This document shows, piece by piece, positions 60,598 to 64,000 of a stretch of 64,000 bases of DNA. Under the pieces are notes generated by a model, which ran no database searches, was not told where the DNA came from, and saw only the letters and a list, made by a program, of their open reading frames with translations. The translations under genes were made by a program, and so were the position numbers. How positions within the stretch are numbered: the first letter of the stretch is position 1; each line of letters opens with the position of its first letter. Location of the stretch: positions 42,136 to 106,135 of the forward strand of contig CALXES010000002.1 in the NCBI GenBank assembly GCA_944387385.1, given 5' to 3'. This DNA comes from an uncultured Clostridia bacterium. Lineage in GTDB: Bacteria > Bacillota > Clostridia > TANB77 > CAG-465.

Positions 60598-60622
60598 TCA
60601 GGCTTCGGCCTGATATTTTTTT
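60598..60622 (+). terminator. rho-independent terminator after mecA
   Basis: TCAGGC-TTCG-GCCTGA hairpin followed by TTTTTTT. Confidence 0.65.
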
Positions 60623-60963
60623 GGAAAATCATTAATACGATTAATAATAGCAAAATATTTATATTTGGTTAGATACCCTCAGATTATATAGACTAAAAAA
60701 TGAAATTTGGTTTAAAAAATTACTAGATACCTAACAGAATAAATACCTTGTTAGAACAAAAAAATAAAAATTTATGAATTTATAATAAAAATCCGATTAG
60801 AAAAAAAATATATAAATATATTTTAGAATAAGTTATAGCATATTCACTTAACATAAGCTTATCTAAAAGCATATTTAGTATAATGTTATTTTTCTAGTTT
60901 GTCAATACATTTTGAAAAAATTATGTAAAAAAGACATTATATTCCTCGAAAATACCGTTTCTC

Positions 60964-60992
60964 TTGATTATTTTATCAAATTTTGGTATACT
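60964..60992 (+). promoter_or_regulatory. sigma-A promoter with extended -10 for the HD-GYP regulator (TTGATT-17-TGgTATACT)
   Basis: TTGATT 60964-60969, 17-nt spacer, TATACT 60987-60992 preceded by TGG. Confidence 0.45.
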
Positions 60993-61012
60993 ATACGAAA
61001 AGGTGAAATTGT

Positions 61013-62029
61013 ATGAATAACGATAAATTAGTTAGCGCCAAAATACTAGTTATCGACGACGATGTAAATATGATGGATGTTCTTTCTGTCGTATTAAGAA
61101 GATACGGTCACTACGTTAAAACATTCACTGAACCTCTATCTGCTATAGAGGAACTAAAAAAAAATAAATATGATATTTTACTAGTCAATTATTTGATGAC
61201 TTCAGTAAAAGGCGATAAAATTGTAGAAACAGTCAGAGAATTTAATAAAGAAATATATATAATTCTAATGTCGATTCATAAAGATCTTGCACCTTCCATT
61301 GAAGTTATGCAACAATTAGATATTCAAGCATATTATGAAAAAAGTAATAGATTTGATAATTTAATAATGCTAATTCAAGGTGGAATAAAATATATAGAGC
61401 AAATAAATAAAATAAAAAGTATGAACTCACAACTTGAACATTATTTAGTAGATTTTGCTAAAATTCTACTACAAACTGTTGGTGCTAAAGATCATTATAC
61501 TGAAGAGCATTCACGAAGAGTAACACTTCTTGCAGATGCCTTTTCTAAATATTTAAAGTTAGATAAAAAACAAATATCAGACTTACAAATTGCAGCAGCT
61601 TTCCATGACATTGGAAAAATAGGTATTCCAGATAATATATTACTAAAAACTACTCGTCTTACTGACGATGAATATCAAATAATAAAAACACATCCCGTTA
61701 TTGCTGCTAATATCTTTTCGGTATCTGATATATATAAAGATATATATCCAATTATGTACTATCATCATGAAAGATACGACGGAAATGGATATCCAACTGG
61801 AATAAAAGGAAAACAAATCCCGCTTCTTGCAAGAATATTATCTATTTGTGATTCATTCGATGCAATAGTATCTAAAAGAACATATAAAGAAGGGTCTACA
61901 ATTGAATTTGCTTTATCCGAAATAGAAAAAGGATCAGGTACACAGTTTGATCCTGAACTTGCACCAAAATTTATTTCAATGGTACAGAATAATTTAGAAT
62001 ATATAGAAAAAATATTTAATAGCTATTAG
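61013..62029 (+). CDS. response regulator with REC domain fused to HD-GYP c-di-GMP phosphodiesterase domain
   Basis: REC (ILVIDDD...D...LLVNYLMT), HD motif HDIGKIGIP and YHHERYDGNGYP GYP motif. Confidence 0.85.
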   Translation: MNNDKLVSAKILVIDDDVNMMDVLSVVLRRYGHYVKTFTEPLSAIEELKKNKYDILLVNYLMTSVKGDKIVETVREFNKEIYIILMSIHKDLAPSIEVMQQLDIQAYYEKSNRFDNLIMLIQGGIKYIEQINKIKSMNSQLEHYLVDFAKILLQTVGAKDHYTEEHSRRVTLLADAFSKYLKLDKKQISDLQIAAAFHDIGKIGIPDNILLKTTRLTDDEYQIIKTHPVIAANIFSVSDIYKDIYPIMYYHHERYDGNGYPTGIKGKQIPLLARILSICDSFDAIVSKRTYKEGSTIEFALSEIEKGSGTQFDPELAPKFISMVQNNLEYIEKIFNSY

Positions 62030-62064
62030 TCTTAAGTAGTATAAAAATACTATTTAAGACTTTT

Positions 62065-62610
62065 TTAATCAATATATACGGCAATTGTTTTAAATACATC
62101 ATATTCTGAATTTAAACAATTAATTTTATATGCAAGACATGATATCTCACATGAATTTTCGAACAATTCTACAAGTCTAATTTTACATTCTTCATTAATA
62201 ATAAATTTACTATTTTCAATAAAAAAACTTGTACTATCCAATTTGCTAATTTTACCTGAAATAATTTTTATTCTATTATCTTCTGGTATTTTTTCAACAA
62301 TATTATAATAAAAATTATTATTTTTTATACTAGATACATCTTCAATATTAATATACCTTTTTATAACTTCAACATTGCACAGAACACCCATATCTTCAGA
62401 AAAGCCAACTCTTTTTCTCTTTGATTCTCTTTTATCCTTTAAGTCATCAGAACAATTTTTTTCAAATTCTGGTCTAATCGATGTATTGTTATTTGTAGTA
62501 TATCCTCTCTTTTCTGAATATTCAAAAAAATCTATATCAAAAGAAATATCTTGCAATTTAGCTGCAATACATTTTATAATTTCTTTATCTAAATATACGT
62601 ACATTCTCAT
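62065..62610 (-). CDS. hypothetical protein
   Basis: 181-aa ORF between convergent neighbours; no motif. Confidence 0.35.
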   Translation of the reverse strand: MRMYVYLDKEIIKCIAAKLQDISFDIDFFEYSEKRGYTTNNNTSIRPEFEKNCSDDLKDKRESKRKRVGFSEDMGVLCNVEVIKRYINIEDVSSIKNNNFYYNIVEKIPEDNRIKIISGKISKLDSTSFFIENSKFIINEECKIRLVELFENSCEISCLAYKINCLNSEYDVFKTIAVYID

Positions 62611-62624
62611 ATTTATATATTATT

Positions 62625-63212
62625 TTAATCTACACAAATATATTCTTTTATATTTTCAAATTTAGACTCTCCAATACCATTAACTTCAAGAATATCATCT
62701 ATTGTATTAAATTTATTATTTTTTCTATATTCTATTATATTATCTGCAAGCGTATCACCAATTCCATTTAGCGTTTTTAATTCCTCTTTACTAGCTTTAT
62801 TTATATTAATTAATCCATCATTTTCATTAGTTTCTATAATTTCATCTTCTTCCTGCTCCACTATAATTTTTGGTATTTCTATCTTATCTGAATCATTTAA
62901 TTTTTCAGCAAGATTTATTTCTGATAGATCCGCTTGAGAAGTTAGTCCTCCACATTCTTTTATAAGATCGTCTAATCTAAGATTTTCGTCTATATAATAC
63001 ACTCCTGGATTTACAACTTCACCAGTAATATATACTGCAATTTTATTTTCTCTACTATTTAATTCTAACTCATTATCATTTATACTAATTTTAGATTTTT
63101 CATCTATATTTGAAAATACAATTGATATAATAGATGCAATTAATATCATTATCATTAATATATATGTTTTATAATTACTAATTAGTTTTTTTACTACATT
63201 AAATATCTTCAT
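62625..63212 (-). CDS. comEA: competence protein ComEA (helix-hairpin-helix DNA-binding)
   Basis: N-terminal TM anchor, C-terminal tandem HhH (ININKASKEELKTLNGIGDTLADNIIEYR...VNGIGESKFENIK). Confidence 0.8.
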   Translation of the reverse strand: MKIFNVVKKLISNYKTYILMIMILIASIISIVFSNIDEKSKISINDNELELNSRENKIAVYITGEVVNPGVYYIDENLRLDDLIKECGGLTSQADLSEINLAEKLNDSDKIEIPKIIVEQEEDEIIETNENDGLININKASKEELKTLNGIGDTLADNIIEYRKNNKFNTIDDILEVNGIGESKFENIKEYICVD

Positions 63213-63304
63213 TTTTACTCCTTACTTATGTTATATTTTGTAAATATCCCCTAAAAGCAAATTAGAAGTTATGTAAAAACATAACTCCTAATTTTAATAT
63301 AAAT

Positions 63305-63934
63305 CTAAATTTTTAATCCCGCTCTAATAATAGATACCAATAAATTATTATTATACAATAATTTTATTAATAATGTATTGTCTATATATTCTACAATTCC
63401 ATTAAACATTGGTAATGGTGTAATAAATGATAGTATTGCAAGTAATATCCAAACTTTAATCAGAGTAGATAATACACCAACAGCAATTCCGCCTATCTGA
63501 TTTATAGAGCTTAAAATTGGTAAATTGAATACTATATTTAGTATCATTTGTAAAATATAACAAATTAGTCTTACTGCAAAGAAAATTAATATAAAACTAA
63601 CTCCTTTCATAACAAACATAGTCACTATTTCTCCTGCTTGTTCTACTTTATCTTCAGTTATAGTGCTATTTATTATATTACCATAAAACGAATCCTCTAC
63701 ATTTTCTCCATTATCTATCATTGTTTGTATATTATCTTGCACAACTTCTTTTAATGAGTCCCCTATTCCAGAATTATATAAAGCATCTGCAACTACTGAT
63801 TGAAAAGCAAAAGCTAAAATAATTGACAATATCAAAGAAACAAATCCTACAACTACACCCACAAGACCTTTTTTATATCCTCTAAATGCACCAAAAGCAA
63901 TTAGAGCTATTAAAATAATATCTAATACTAACAA
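63305..63934 (-). CDS. cvpA: CvpA-family membrane protein
   Basis: Four TM helices, N-terminus MLVLDIILIALIAFGAFRGYKKGL typical of CvpA. Confidence 0.75.
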   Translation of the reverse strand: MLVLDIILIALIAFGAFRGYKKGLVGVVVGFVSLILSIILAFAFQSVVADALYNSGIGDSLKEVVQDNIQTMIDNGENVEDSFYGNIINSTITEDKVEQAGEIVTMFVMKGVSFILIFFAVRLICYILQMILNIVFNLPILSSINQIGGIAVGVLSTLIKVWILLAILSFITPLPMFNGIVEYIDNTLLIKLLYNNNLLVSIIRAGLKI

Positions 63935-64000
63935 GTAAATCCCCCCTTATAAATTTAAAATATATATTTTATTAGTATAAATTAAAGCTAAACTTTTGTT

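Noticed and set aside
1-64000. CRISPR arrays, rRNA/tRNA genes, integrated prophage
   Set aside because: No spaced direct-repeat arrays, no rRNA-like GC-rich blocks, no phage structural/integrase gene sets seen; only IS-end remnants

Overview
This is an AT-rich chromosomal segment (my estimate about 27% GC) from an endospore-forming Firmicute of the class Clostridia. The sporulation markers are spo0A, an alpha/beta-type SASP, yabG and yqfC-yqfD. Most genes are on the minus strand. No CRISPR array, rRNA, tRNA or prophage was seen.

Housekeeping content, left to right:
- An ECF sigma / anti-sigma pair and a DacF-like D-alanyl-D-alanine carboxypeptidase.
- xpt followed by a nucleoside 2-deoxyribosyltransferase-like gene.
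- The yqfC-yqfD-ybeY-dgkA-cdd cluster, with no phoH or era.
- secDF, pyrH, tsf, rpsB, ftsH, tilS, dnaB, rplI and gdpP.
- A monocistronic spo0A and a SASP gene.
- A HelD-like helicase, then the complete S10-spc ribosomal protein cluster from rpsJ to secY. It lacks rpmD (L30), ends with a terminator right after secY, and has no str/tuf genes upstream.
- rpsT, a ccdA-thioredoxin pair, rpsF-ssb-rpsR, mecA, a REC-HD-GYP response regulator, comEA and cvpA.

The non-routine part is at about 42-52 kb:
- A tightly packed 8-gene minus-strand operon (41978-49649) encodes a NitT/TauT-type ABC importer and a PEP-utilizing-family phosphotransferase with its domains in reversed order. It also encodes a 403-aa protein of no recognizable family, a histidine phosphatase with a VHG motif, a 56-aa ORF and a zeta-toxin-like P-loop kinase.
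- Divergently transcribed from it is an operon of a ThyX-fold protein that lacks the RHR and other dUMP-binding arginines, a Tmk/dNK-like kinase and folC.

Further anomalies:
- A uL24 with a C-terminal Cys4 motif.
- Two remnants of an IS150-group (IS3 family) left end in inverted orientation flanking a 4.4-kb segment. That segment carries an ATP-grasp ligase operon with a palindromic candidate operator.
- A structured leader of about 215 nt upstream of rpsJ.
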